In this document: positions 16,605-26,700 of the stretch, one piece after another
Layout of the letters: each line of letters begins with the position of its first letter
Position numbering within the stretch: the first letter of the stretch is position 1
From: an uncultured Clostridia bacterium
GTDB lineage: Bacteria > Bacillota > Clostridia > Christensenellales > CAG-917
Length of the DNA stretch: 64,000 nucleotides
Direction of reading: 5' to 3'
NCBI GenBank assembly: GCA_947305865.1
Contig: CAMZEU010000002.1
Span: 1,019 to 65,018 of the forward strand
Notes under the pieces: model-generated
The model's database searches: none
Told to the model about the DNA's origin: nothing
The model's input: only the letters and a program-made list of their open reading frames with translations
Position numbers and translations under genes: made by a program

Positions 16605-17816
16605 TTATAATGCAAAGAATTCTTTAGATAAATCCCAACAGTATTTATAAAATACTCCAGATTCTTCAGCAGCCTTCTCATTATATTTATTTCCACTTCC
16701 TAGTTTTGTCTTTGTTGAGTACATCACAAATGGTACTGGTTCACTAGAGTGTGTAAGCAGTGATATAGGTGTTCTATGATCTGGCATAACTAGTACTGCA
16801 AAATCTTCTTTTGAAGATTTGAGATACTCAAATACTGGTCCAAGAATCTTTTGATCAATTAGTTCAATAGACTTAATTTTGCCCGGAAGATCTCCATGGT
16901 GTCCACATTCATCTGGTGCTTCAAGATGTACAAATACAAAGTCCCTTCCTTCTTTGAAAAGATTAATAACAGCTTCGGCTTTTCCTTCAAAGTTTGTATC
17001 CAAGTTTCCAGTTGCACCTTCAACATCTACGGATTTCATTCCTGCACCAATTGCAATACCTTTAAGGAGGTCTACAGCAGAAACCATAGAACCAGTCTTG
17101 CCATAACGTTCTTTAAAGTTCTCTATAGCAGGCTTTGTTCCTTGTCCCCAGAACCATATAGAAGATGCTGGATTTAAGCCCTTTGCAATTCTTGCTTTGT
17201 TAATTGGATGATTTATTAATAAATCATAAGACTTAGACATAAGCTCATAAAGTTCTTCGTGAAGTTGTCCTTTTGGAAGATATGTGGTTATTTTCTTTCC
17301 AGTAATATCATGTGGTGGTGTTAGAGACATATCTTTTGGAGTGTCGTGTTTAATAATTAAACAATGTCTGTAACTTACTCCACCATAGAATACAAACTTA
17401 TCATTTCCAAGTTTCTCATTAATGAATTTCATTAATTCACGGGATTCAGCTGTTGTAATTTCACCAGAACTATAGTCTATCATAGTCTTGTCTTCATATT
17501 TTGCATCGTCTGAAAGAGTAACTAAGTTCGTTCTAATGGCTATATCGTCATCCTCCATCTTTATTCCAATGGATAATGCTTCAAGTGGGCTTCTTCCTGT
17601 GTAACACTTCGTGGCATCATATCCTAGTGCACCTAAATTTGCGACATCACTGCCAGGTTTGTATCCATCAGGAACAGTCTTTACCAATCCAATCTTTCCA
17701 TTTTCTGCAAGAAAATCCATATAAGGTTTGTTTGCAACCTCTAATGGAGTCTTGTTGCCAATAGATTCTATTGGATAATCTGCCATACCATCGCCTAAAA
17801 CTAGTAAATATTTCAT
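16605..17816 (-). CDS. apgM: cofactor-independent phosphoglycerate mutase, ApgM (archaeal-type) family
   Basis: 403 aa. MKYLLVLGDGMADYP...TPLE.A.KP.MD at the N-terminus and HLEAPDECGHHGD...VMPDHRTP are characteristic of the ApgM metalloenzyme family. Confidence 0.8.
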   Translation of the reverse strand: MKYLLVLGDGMADYPIESIGNKTPLEVANKPYMDFLAENGKIGLVKTVPDGYKPGSDVANLGALGYDATKCYTGRSPLEALSIGIKMEDDDIAIRTNLVTLSDDAKYEDKTMIDYSSGEITTAESRELMKFINEKLGNDKFVFYGGVSYRHCLIIKHDTPKDMSLTPPHDITGKKITTYLPKGQLHEELYELMSKSYDLLINHPINKARIAKGLNPASSIWFWGQGTKPAIENFKERYGKTGSMVSAVDLLKGIAIGAGMKSVDVEGATGNLDTNFEGKAEAVINLFKEGRDFVFVHLEAPDECGHHGDLPGKIKSIELIDQKILGPVFEYLKSSKEDFAVLVMPDHRTPISLLTHSSEPVPFVMYSTKTKLGSGNKYNEKAAEESGVFYKYCWDLSKEFFAL

Positions 17817-17883
17817 TTTTTTGTTACTCCTTTTGTTGTAAGTTTATAGTTGAAGGTTGCATTTGTCAAACTAGTATGATAAA

Positions 17884-17902
17884 TTAATAGATAATCTATT
17901 AA
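17884..17902. promoter_or_regulatory. perfect 19-bp palindrome (candidate operator) upstream of the 17922 gene
   Basis: TTAATAGAT-A-ATCTATTAA: 9-bp arms and one central nt, 20 nt upstream of the ATG at 17922, in the apgM-divergent intergenic region. Confidence 0.45.
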
Positions 17903-17921
17903 TAGATTAGTGAGAGAAATA

Positions 17922-19892
17922 ATGGCAAAAAAGAATTTTCAACCTTTAAAAAGATTACCAATCGGAGCAATTAAACCAGAAGGATGGCTACTTAGCCAAT
18001 TAATTCTATTAAATGATCTCCAAAAAAAGTTGGGAAATTTACAAGGTCTTATTAAGAATGGAAGATGGACTGGAGATGAGGCTCTTCCAAGATATGCCCG
18101 TGGTTTAATCTTATTATCTGGTACGCTTGCAAAAGATAAACAGCTTAGAGAAAAAGCGGATGCTTTTATGCAACCAATCTTTGCTAGTGCTAATGAAGGC
18201 GGAGATTTCGGTCCAAGAGGTGGCAAATTCATTTCTCCTAAGATTGAAGGAATTAAGGCTATTATGAGTTATTATGAACTCACAGGAGACCCACAAATCA
18301 TTACTTTCTTAAAGAAATTCTTTAAGAACCAATTCAATACATTTATGTTAACACCATCTTGGTATCATTCAAGATCTCGTTTATTAGAAGAAATTCCTGC
18401 TATGGAATTGGTATATAAACAAACAGACCAAGAATGGTTAAAAGACTTGGCAGAACAACTTAGAGCAACAACCACAGATTGGTTTGCTTTAGCAAATAAT
18501 TATAGATATAAAGCAAGCTCTACGAAATATTTGCCATATAAAAATGCATTCAAAGTCAAGAAATTCATTGAAACATATGAACAACAATCTAACGATGATG
18601 TTTTAGTTCATCCATTAACAAAAGATGTTGCAGATACCAACTGGAGAAAGTTCTCACATAAGGTAATGGTTGAGACAAATGGCGTAAATATTGCTAAAGC
18701 AATAAAATATCCAACCACTTATGGTTCATTTGTTGGTGACCCTGATTTAAATAGGCTCTCGGCGAAGTTCTTAAACAACATAAGTAAATATCATGGAACA
18801 GCAACAGGAATGTTCACATGCGATTACAGGACTGGTGGCAAGTCTCCTACAAGAGGCATGGATGTCGTTGCAGATGTAGAGTTATTAGAAAGTCTTATAT
18901 ATATGTTGCAATATGCTGGAGATTATAATGCTGCAGACACAATGGAAAAGGTGTTATATAATGCGGTATCTTCTGCAATGCTTTCTAATACTTGTGCTGT
19001 ACAAGAGATTGGACTTGCTAACCAAGTTGAGACAAATTCAGATACTAAAGTATTCTTCAAAGATACAGAATATGGCAATGCATATACAATTAATAAATTG
19101 TCTAGAGCAGCAATTGCATTGTTATCTTCTTATCCTTTGTATATGCAATCCTTGTGTATGCAAGGAGATAGAGAATTGACATTCTTCTCATATGCTCCAT
19201 GCACCATTAAAACAGTTGTAGATGGTGTTACTCTTGTGCTTAAAGAAGAGACAAATTATCCATTCAGAAACAAGGTAATTTTTAAGGTCGAAAGTGTAGA
19301 TGGAGAACCTGAAGTTAAGCTCAATTTTAGAGTGCCAAAAAACACCACAATGCAAATCATTTCTGGTGGCGAAGTTGTGGCTAGTGGATCCAGAAATATC
19401 TCTGTTCGTTGCATACTAAAAACAGGTAGCACATTCACTCTAAAATTAGATATTCCTTTAGTTGGTTTATACAATCCAGATAACTCCATAAGCCTCTACA
19501 AAGGAAGCGTTTTAATGGCAGAAAGAATCATTCCTTCCATATCTGTTTCTAAGGATGATGCATCTGTTTTAGCTATGACATTTAGCAAGAAATGGAACAT
19601 CTCTCCAGTGTTCGCAAAGAAAGGAGTTAATGGCATAAAGCATCTATATACAGCTGAGAAGACTTTTGTGTCTGATATCACAAAAATACCTTTTAACCAT
19701 GAAAAACCACCATTTGAACTACGTGTTTTGGCGAAAAACGTTGAAAATTGGGATTACGATACAAATGGATTTACACAGATTCCAAAGAAGCCAAATTTCT
19801 CAGAAGAGAGCATAGAAAGAGTGTTTGTTCCTTATGGTTGTACAGCACTTCGTATTTCACAATTCCCACCATGTTTGAGGTCTGACGTATGA
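17922..19892 (+). CDS. large soluble protein, possibly a six-hairpin glycosidase-like (GH127/DUF1680-like) enzyme
   Basis: 656-aa ORF from ATG 17922. The N-terminus LPIGAIKPEGWLLSQL...LQGL resembles the opening of DUF1680/GH127-type proteins as I remember them. I could not verify any catalytic residues. Confidence 0.35.
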   Translation: MAKKNFQPLKRLPIGAIKPEGWLLSQLILLNDLQKKLGNLQGLIKNGRWTGDEALPRYARGLILLSGTLAKDKQLREKADAFMQPIFASANEGGDFGPRGGKFISPKIEGIKAIMSYYELTGDPQIITFLKKFFKNQFNTFMLTPSWYHSRSRLLEEIPAMELVYKQTDQEWLKDLAEQLRATTTDWFALANNYRYKASSTKYLPYKNAFKVKKFIETYEQQSNDDVLVHPLTKDVADTNWRKFSHKVMVETNGVNIAKAIKYPTTYGSFVGDPDLNRLSAKFLNNISKYHGTATGMFTCDYRTGGKSPTRGMDVVADVELLESLIYMLQYAGDYNAADTMEKVLYNAVSSAMLSNTCAVQEIGLANQVETNSDTKVFFKDTEYGNAYTINKLSRAAIALLSSYPLYMQSLCMQGDRELTFFSYAPCTIKTVVDGVTLVLKEETNYPFRNKVIFKVESVDGEPEVKLNFRVPKNTTMQIISGGEVVASGSRNISVRCILKTGSTFTLKLDIPLVGLYNPDNSISLYKGSVLMAERIIPSISVSKDDASVLAMTFSKKWNISPVFAKKGVNGIKHLYTAEKTFVSDITKIPFNHEKPPFELRVLAKNVENWDYDTNGFTQIPKKPNFSEESIERVFVPYGCTALRISQFPPCLRSDV

Positions 19893-20422
19893 GAAAACTA
19901 GAAAGGATATATTCTAAGTCTGATAGAATCGTAGCTAAGGCAAAATTCACTTATTGGGTGTTTGCCGGAGAGTTATTTTTCACACTTCTTTTTGGTGGAA
20001 TAATTGCTTGTCTTTGGATATTTAATTTGAAAATTGAGCAACTCATAGACAGTTCAATTACAGAGGTAAAATATCTTACAGAAACCAACCTAAAATGGGC
20101 CATTTTGGGAGCTGGTGGATTTATGCTTTTGGTAACGTTTTTCCATATCCTTGCATTCTATTCAAAAGAGGTTATTTTGACAGAAGATAAATTGGTTTAT
20201 CATGTCGGCATGATGGGCTCTGAAGTTATAACCGTTCAGGTGTATGAAATAGTTAATACACACGTAACTCAAGGAGCATTTCAAAGATTGCTTGGAATAG
20301 GATCTGTTGAAATAATTGGTTCAGGATTTGATTCTTATACAATTAGAAATATTGTTGGTCCAGAAAAGTTTGCAAGAAGAATTATGGCTCAAGCCACGGC
20401 AGTTAAGAAAAGATATTATTAA
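19889..20422 (+). CDS. bacterial PH-domain (bPH_2 / YdbS-YdbT-like) membrane protein
   Basis: 177 aa. Two TM helices, then VILTEDKLVYHVGMMGSEVITVQVYEIVNTHVTQGAFQRLLGIGSVEI, which is typical of bPH_2 (DUF304). ATGA overlap with the upstream gene. Confidence 0.65.
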   Translation: MRKLERIYSKSDRIVAKAKFTYWVFAGELFFTLLFGGIIACLWIFNLKIEQLIDSSITEVKYLTETNLKWAILGAGGFMLLVTFFHILAFYSKEVILTEDKLVYHVGMMGSEVITVQVYEIVNTHVTQGAFQRLLGIGSVEIIGSGFDSYTIRNIVGPEKFARRIMAQATAVKKRYY

Positions 20423-20913
20423 TTCCAACGTTTTCTCTTTTTAAATTCAGTTGAAACAAGAACAAGTTTGTCATCCTTTTGTTCGTAAAGGTCATATCTA
20501 TTGCTGTATTCATAAACTATGATTCCTTTATTTACACGACTTCTATATATTTTAGGAGCCTCAGATGTTCCACTCTTTAAGTTATCTTCATTGTATTCAA
20601 CAACATCTTTCTTTTTCTTGAATAATTTTCTAAAAGGCTTAAAAATGAGATTCTTTACCGTAATTATTATTGCGATAAAGATTGTTAGAATGAAGCCTAT
20701 GAGATAGATTACAGAATTAGTGTCAGCAGAGAATAAATAAAAATTCTTAAATATAAGCTTTAATATGCCACCATAGGCCAAATAGAGAAGAGGAACCCAT
20801 ATGCCAAGATAATATAAAACCTTAGCTATAATTTCAGCTATGACTTTAATAATCTTCCATAACACTGTAAATACTGCAATAACAGCAGCACCAATTCCCG
20901 CACCTTTGACCAT
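20419..20913 (-). CDS. hypothetical membrane protein
   Basis: 164-aa ORF with 3 hydrophobic helices and a basic C-terminal region. No recognisable motif. Confidence 0.5.
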   Translation of the reverse strand: MVKGAGIGAAVIAVFTVLWKIIKVIAEIIAKVLYYLGIWVPLLYLAYGGILKLIFKNFYLFSADTNSVIYLIGFILTIFIAIIITVKNLIFKPFRKLFKKKKDVVEYNEDNLKSGTSEAPKIYRSRVNKGIIVYEYSNRYDLYEQKDDKLVLVSTEFKKRKRWN

Positions 20914-20949
20914 ACCAAAATGTTAGCATAGTGAGCAAAAAGTGTCAAT

Positions 20950-20969
20950 CACGGAAGTTTACTTCCGTG
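20950..20969. promoter_or_regulatory. 20-bp inverted repeat in a divergent intergenic region (candidate operator)
   Basis: CACGGAAGT-TT-ACTTCCGTG: perfect 9-bp arms, between the minus-strand start at 20913 and the GH20 promoter. Confidence 0.35.
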
Positions 20970-20984
20970 CAATAATGGTCTATA

Positions 20985-21012
20985 TTGACGGAAGACATTG
21001 ATGTGGTATAAT
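20985..21012 (+). promoter_or_regulatory. promoter of the GH20 / PIG-L gene pair
   Basis: TTGACG (20985-20990), 16-nt spacer, extended -10 TGgTATAAT (21004-21012). Confidence 0.55.
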
Positions 21013-21033
21013 TAATTTAAATTGGAGGAAAAT

Positions 21034-22554
21034 ATGAAAATTATTCCAAAACCAGAGAATATAACTATGCTAGAGGGTAATTTTACATTTTCTAATTCAA
21101 CTCAAATAGTTGGATTGGATGAATTCCTTTCTAATGATTTAAGAAAATTTGTTGATTTAAAAAATGGCGAAAAGAACAGTTGTGTTTTTACTGTTGCGCA
21201 AATAGATGAAGATTATAGGATTGAAATTGGAGAAAATATCTACGTTGTTGCCAATAGTAATGAAGGCATTTTTCATGCTGTTCAGACTATAAAATTATTG
21301 ATATTGGAATATTATAAAAATGAATATTCATACATTCCTTGTTGCATAATTGATGATAATTATAAATATGAATACAGAGGATTCATGTTAGATGTTTGTA
21401 GGCATTTTTATTCTATAAGTACAATAAAGAAAATAATTGATGCTATATCTTTATTTAAGATGAATAAACTACATTTGCACCTAAGCGATGATCAAGGTTT
21501 CAGAATCCAATTAAATAGATTTCCGTTGCTTACAGATATAGGTTCCATTAGAAAAGGAACTAGAGGAGATGGCAAACCAGTAAGCGGCTTTTATACTCAA
21601 AGCGATATTGTAGATTTGGTTAAATATGCTAAAGAAAGATACATTGAGATAATACCTGAAATAGATCTTCCGGGGCATACATCTGCACTCATTGCATCCT
21701 ATCCAGATTTGCATTGTAAAGGTAAAGAAATTGAGGTAGAAGAGTACTTTGGAATAAAAGAAAATGTCGTTTGTGCAGGCAAAGAAAGCACATATCAATT
21801 TCTAGAAGATGTACTAGGTGAAATTGCTAAATTATTCCCATCAAAGTGTATTCATGTTGGTGGAGATGAAGCCCCAAAGACGCAGTGGATGGAGTGTGAC
21901 GACTGTAAAGAGACCATAAAAAAGAATGGCTTAAAGACATATATGGGTTTGCAGTCATATTTCACAAATAGGATTATTAAATATCTAAAATCAATCGGTA
22001 AAACCCCTATTGTGTGGAATGAGGCATATCATGATGGAGAGCTAGATAAGGCAGCTACAATTCAATTTTGGGCAGATGGACGTAAAGCTCAAAATGTAAA
22101 AAGAGCTTTAAAAGAGGGATATAAATTAATTTATTCAAACAACAAATACTGTTATCTAGATCATCCATATTCAATCCTTCCTATTAAGAATTCGTTTAAA
22201 GCAATAAATGAGATGAATTCGTTAATGCAATTCGGAAATGTCTTTGGTATCGAAACACCACTTTGGACAGAATGGATAAATGGTGAAGATAAGTTATTAA
22301 AGATGGCTTTTCCAAGAACACTTGCTATTGCGGAGTTGGGTTGGAGTATTGCACCTGGAGATTATAATGATTTCAAGGACAGAATTGATAATGGACTAGA
22401 TGCATTGTTTGTTTTGGATATTGCAAGTGCATCTGAAAAACAGGCTAATCCAAATATTGTCTCTTCCTTCTTTGGCATTTTAAAATTTTATGCTAAAATG
22501 ATAGACAAAGAATTGCCTAGAACGATAAGAAACTTTAAAAATATTAAAAAATAA
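21034..22554 (+). CDS. beta-N-acetylhexosaminidase, glycoside hydrolase family 20
   Basis: RGFMLDVCRHF, HLHLSDDQGFR, IPEIDLPGHT and HVGGDE (the catalytic D-E pair) are the GH20 signature blocks. ATG 21034 follows GGAGG. Confidence 0.85.
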   Translation: MKIIPKPENITMLEGNFTFSNSTQIVGLDEFLSNDLRKFVDLKNGEKNSCVFTVAQIDEDYRIEIGENIYVVANSNEGIFHAVQTIKLLILEYYKNEYSYIPCCIIDDNYKYEYRGFMLDVCRHFYSISTIKKIIDAISLFKMNKLHLHLSDDQGFRIQLNRFPLLTDIGSIRKGTRGDGKPVSGFYTQSDIVDLVKYAKERYIEIIPEIDLPGHTSALIASYPDLHCKGKEIEVEEYFGIKENVVCAGKESTYQFLEDVLGEIAKLFPSKCIHVGGDEAPKTQWMECDDCKETIKKNGLKTYMGLQSYFTNRIIKYLKSIGKTPIVWNEAYHDGELDKAATIQFWADGRKAQNVKRALKEGYKLIYSNNKYCYLDHPYSILPIKNSFKAINEMNSLMQFGNVFGIETPLWTEWINGEDKLLKMAFPRTLAIAELGWSIAPGDYNDFKDRIDNGLDALFVLDIASASEKQANPNIVSSFFGILKFYAKMIDKELPRTIRNFKNIKK

Positions 22555-22600
22555 AAATTGCATAATTATAAATATTTGTGCATAAAAAGAGGTAGTGTTT

Positions 22601-23440
22601 ATGGAAGTATATATTCCAAATAGTGCCAATAAAAATGTGGTAAAAAATCTTATCATATCTGCTCACAAAGATGACGGTGAGATGATTGGATTAAAAGGAA
22701 TTTATGATAGTATGAATTCGGATGGTAGCTGTGCCATGATAGTTTTAACAGATGGTGGCGGATGTCCAACAACAGGCAAATATTCTGGAGTTGGATATGA
22801 TGAGATGGTTCAGATTAGAACTGAAGAACAGAAGAAAGCATCAGAGGTTGGAAAATACAATTCACTATATTTGTTGGAACATAAATCAACTGATATCAAA
22901 AAAATGACAAAATCAGCTTTCAGTGAGTTGGTGTATATTTTGAGACAATTCTCGGATCTTGACACCGTGTACATTCATAATCCTTTTGATAATCACCCAA
23001 CACATCAAGCAGCTGCTCAGATGGTTATCACAGCATTGAGAGAATTGAAAAACAATTTTGATATAAAAGCTGTTATGCAGGAAGGTGGAGTAAATTATCT
23101 TCCTCCAAAAAAGATTATTGGTGTTGAGGTTTGGGGAAGTTTGGATTGGCTACCAGAAAAATACAAATACATCCTAGACACATCTGAGGCAGAAAAAATA
23201 TCAGATGAACTCATGAGTCAATTTGTTTCGCAAAATTATGTTAAGAAGTATGACATCGCTTCAAAGTCTCGAAGATATGCCAATGCGACATTCTACGAGA
23301 GTCATAATGAAAATGTTTATGAGTCAATTTCGTATGGTATTGATTTAACTGATTTTGTTCTTAAGAGCAACAAGGATGTTAAAGATTTATTTAATGAAGT
23401 TGTAAAGGAATTTTCAAAGACAATTGGCAAGAAAAAATAG
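22601..23440 (+). CDS. PIG-L / LmbE family N-acetylglucosaminyl deacetylase
   Basis: IISAHKDDGEM (AHxDD motif) and NPFDNHPTHQAAAQ (HxxH metal ligands). ATG 22601 follows AAGAGG. Confidence 0.7.
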   Translation: MEVYIPNSANKNVVKNLIISAHKDDGEMIGLKGIYDSMNSDGSCAMIVLTDGGGCPTTGKYSGVGYDEMVQIRTEEQKKASEVGKYNSLYLLEHKSTDIKKMTKSAFSELVYILRQFSDLDTVYIHNPFDNHPTHQAAAQMVITALRELKNNFDIKAVMQEGGVNYLPPKKIIGVEVWGSLDWLPEKYKYILDTSEAEKISDELMSQFVSQNYVKKYDIASKSRRYANATFYESHNENVYESISYGIDLTDFVLKSNKDVKDLFNEVVKEFSKTIGKKK

Positions 23441-23464
23441 TAAAAAATTTTTTAAACAGTTTTT

Positions 23465-23491
23465 GGCTACCTGAATAGGTGGCCTTTTTTT
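23465..23491 (+). terminator. intrinsic terminator isolating the giant gene from upstream transcription
   Basis: GGCTACC - TGAATA - GGTGGCC (23465-23484), followed by TTTTTTT (23485-23491). Confidence 0.7.
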
Positions 23492-23549
23492 AATATTCTA
23501 ACCGACCAAATTGCAAGAATCATCAGGGCGCCCCTAAAAAATACAAATA

Positions 23550-23578
23550 TTGACTTATATAGTTTCTTATGCTAAAAT
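23550..23578 (+). promoter_or_regulatory. dedicated promoter of the giant ORF
   Basis: TTGACT (23550-23555), 17-nt spacer, extended -10 TGcTAAAAT (23570-23578). Confidence 0.6.
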
Positions 23579-23594
23579 AGTTTTAACTATTAAT

Positions 23595-23626
23595 GTGTAT
23601 ATACGTACGACGGCGTATATATACAC
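23595..23626 (+). promoter_or_regulatory. 5' UTR stem-loop abutting the SD of the giant ORF
   Basis: GTGTATATACG (23595-23605) - TACGACGG - CGTATATATACAC (23614-23626): 11 bp with a 2-nt bulge. GGAGG (23627-23631) and the ATG at 23636 follow immediately. Confidence 0.5.
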
Positions 23627-23635
23627 GGAGGAAAA

Positions 23636-23704
23636 ATGAAAAAACTTTATTTACTTTTAATCATCGTACTATTGATTACATGTTGCTGTACATTGTTTGC
23701 ATGT
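23636..23704 (+). other. Sec/SPII-type signal peptide with lipobox-like L-F-A-C (Cys23)
   Basis: MKK + LYLLLIIVLLITCCCTLFA + C, then NKKTNVEPQ. Positively charged n-region, hydrophobic h-region, Cys at +1 (codon 23702-23704). The -2 Phe is non-canonical, so this needs LipoP or SignalP. Confidence 0.6.
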
Positions 23705-26700
23705 AACAAGAAGACGAATGTTGAACCACAAGTTATTGTCGTGGACCCTATAACCCAGGATACCGCAGTCAATACAGTCTCAAGTGCTTATGCATGGGAA
23801 AAAGTCAAAAATGCAGCACTTAACACGAACACATCCACAGCTGGATTCTTAAACTTCAATACCATATTAGGTTTTGATTTCAAGAAGAATGGGAACGGAA
23901 ATAAATTCGTCCTCCAAGTTGCTGGATCCATCAATCAGGAGGACACGCCTAACTCAAGGATTTATATCGGGCTGGATAAAATCACTGTCGATAATGTCCA
24001 AAGCCGAGTTGCAGCGTTGTACTATGTAGATGGATGGTGCTATGCTGACTTCACGGGAGTTAAGAAAGGCGCAGAAATAGTTAAGACAGATAAGATTGAT
24101 TTAGCTTATTTCGCAGACAGAATTCACAACATGTTCGCAGGAACGAGTGTTGCGGATCTTTTCTATAATACACTCCTTGGATTAGACCTTGGTTCATTCA
24201 TAGATTTGATGTCAGGTCAAACATTAGATGGATTGCTAACAAGCATGTTGCTTCCAGAGACCATTGATATTATCGACCTTGGAAATGGTGAAGAACAAAT
24301 TAAGTTCCCATTCCAATTGGAAGACTTAATGGATATGGTTCTTGGTTTATTATCTGGTGTCTTGACAGATGATATTAAGGACTTGGTATTCCAAGTATTA
24401 GGATTAGACTTATCTAGAATCGATGCAATAGTTGGTAGCGAAGTTAAGGTAGTCTTAGATACAAAGATTAAGAACGGTGTTCTTAAGTCCTTAGAATTAC
24501 AACTTGATGCTCCTTTGGATTCTATAAAGACCGATACAGCCGGTACTTATGGATATTTCACAGAAGACATTTCACTCTCCGTCGGTGCTTTACAAATAAG
24601 CAAGGGTGTCGATCCTAACATCTACTTCAGTGATGAAGTTGGTGCAGAGGAAGATCCAGCATCTTATGTCCTCCTACCAGATGCTTTAAAAGAAGTCGCA
24701 AAAGAATATTCAGTATTAGACTTTGATATAACTCTTAATGCTGCAATTAATACATCAGAAAAGAAGATTACAATCCAAGACATAGATAGTGCTCTTGGTA
24801 AGCTTCTTTCAAATCTCTTAAATGAAACAATCCCAGCAAATTCTCCAATTTGGGGAACAAATATCAATTTGGCAACAACAAACTATGCTTTAACAATTGA
24901 TATTAAGGGAACTCTTAACTTAACAGACAATTCAAAGACCGAATTAGAAATCAAGCTTAGAGATGCTCTCTCAAGAGGCCCAGAAGAAAGAATGGCAATC
25001 TACTATGTAGGTGCGACAAAGACTCTTTATGTAGATATCTCTAACATTATTGGTGAACTTGGCCGTTATAAGATAACAGACTTAGATATCGCAGAAATAG
25101 TTAACGATGCTTTAAGTGGCATTAATATTAAGTCATTAATAGAAAATCTATTAAGTGGTATTGGTTCAAGTGAAGCTTTATCAGAAGCAGAAATTAGAAC
25201 ATACGAAGAATTATTAACAAAACTCGAAGACGGAACAATTCCTCTTAAGATTAGCCATGCTACAACAGCAAGTGGAACTGTAACCTCCGTTCTCGATTTA
25301 ATTATCGATATCGTTAATAGCATCAAGATTGAAAAAGAAGATGCTCCATATGACAATCTTTTGAACATCCGTTCATTGTTGATTTCTATTTCTAATGATG
25401 CAATTGACTATATTAGTGAATTAATCTTCCCAGCAACAAAGAAAGATGATGATGGCAATGAAATTGCAAACCCATTATATGGTTCTAAGTTGCCAATTGC
25501 TGGATTTGACATTAGTTACTATAACTACGGTGTTGCAAAAGAAAAATTAATTAACATTGACTTAAGATTAGGCGACGCACAAGGTATCTTTGATGGTATG
25601 TCAATTGGTATTGGCATTAATGCCAAGTTTGGAACAACCACTTGTGCAGCAAAGAGTACTATAAGTAGAATTGGAGACAGCAATTTTGTATCACTTGGTT
25701 CAATAGGTAAGTTGTCTGAAATCTCACAAGTACTTGAAAATATTAATCTCAAAAATATTTATCTCAAACTTGAAACACAAGTTGGATTCTATATTGCTCC
25801 AGGAACTTTGACAGATATTCAAGTAAACTCACTTGAAGATTATCTCATTAAGATTTTATTCGATATAGCAGATAAGGTTAATGCATCATTGTTATTAACA
25901 ATTGAAGCAAATCTTGATATTAGCGACGGATTGAATAGCATCTTGAATTCAGTTGCAAAGATTGAATTATATGATACATCCAAGACTATTCCAGAGACAG
26001 GTGAATACAAGAAGATTCTTGGTTTATACTTAGAAGATAAGGTTATCTACTTAGATGCTGAATCTATTGGTTTAAATAAGATTTGTGTTGATATCTCATC
26101 GTTTGTAGGTGATTTATTCAAGAAAGATGAAGAAGCATCTTCAGCTTCAGATGCACTTACAGCAGCAGATGATGGCGGATTTGATTTTATTGGTCTTATC
26201 GCAGCAATCCTTGGCGATGTAACAGTAAGCAGAGATTATATTGAATTAGGCTTGGCAACAAACTTAATTAGCAAGGTATTTGAAGCATTAGGCGTAGATA
26301 TTAGCAATATTCTCACTGTTTCATTATTTGATGCAGATGGAAGTGGTGGATTAAGAATCACATTCAAAGATGGTCTTGATTTATCACAATTAGAGATTAA
26401 ATTGTTCGCAACACTTAATAACCAACTCGAACTAAATTTAACAATTGGTGGTTTCGATATGGCTATTAACAGTGATACATTACACGTAGACAACAAAGAT
26501 GAATTCATTGACATCTTCATGGCTCCATATGTATGGCTTGACGTTGAAGGTGGTATGTCTATTAAGATTAGCGAAGCTACTTTAGACCTTTCACAAAACG
26601 AAATGATTACAAACGCAATGGCTGAAGCAGGATATGATGTTGCTGATTTATCATCATCTGCAATTCAAATTCTTGAAGCTATTGACGTTGAGTATGATAT

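Noticed and set aside
5156-19892. Possibility of genetic code 4 (TGA=Trp), raised by the mycoplasma-like initiator tRNA feature.
   Set aside because: TGA is used as a functional stop in three ATGA stop-start overlaps (5156-5159, 12904-12907, 19889-19892). All recognised proteins end at family-appropriate lengths under the standard code.
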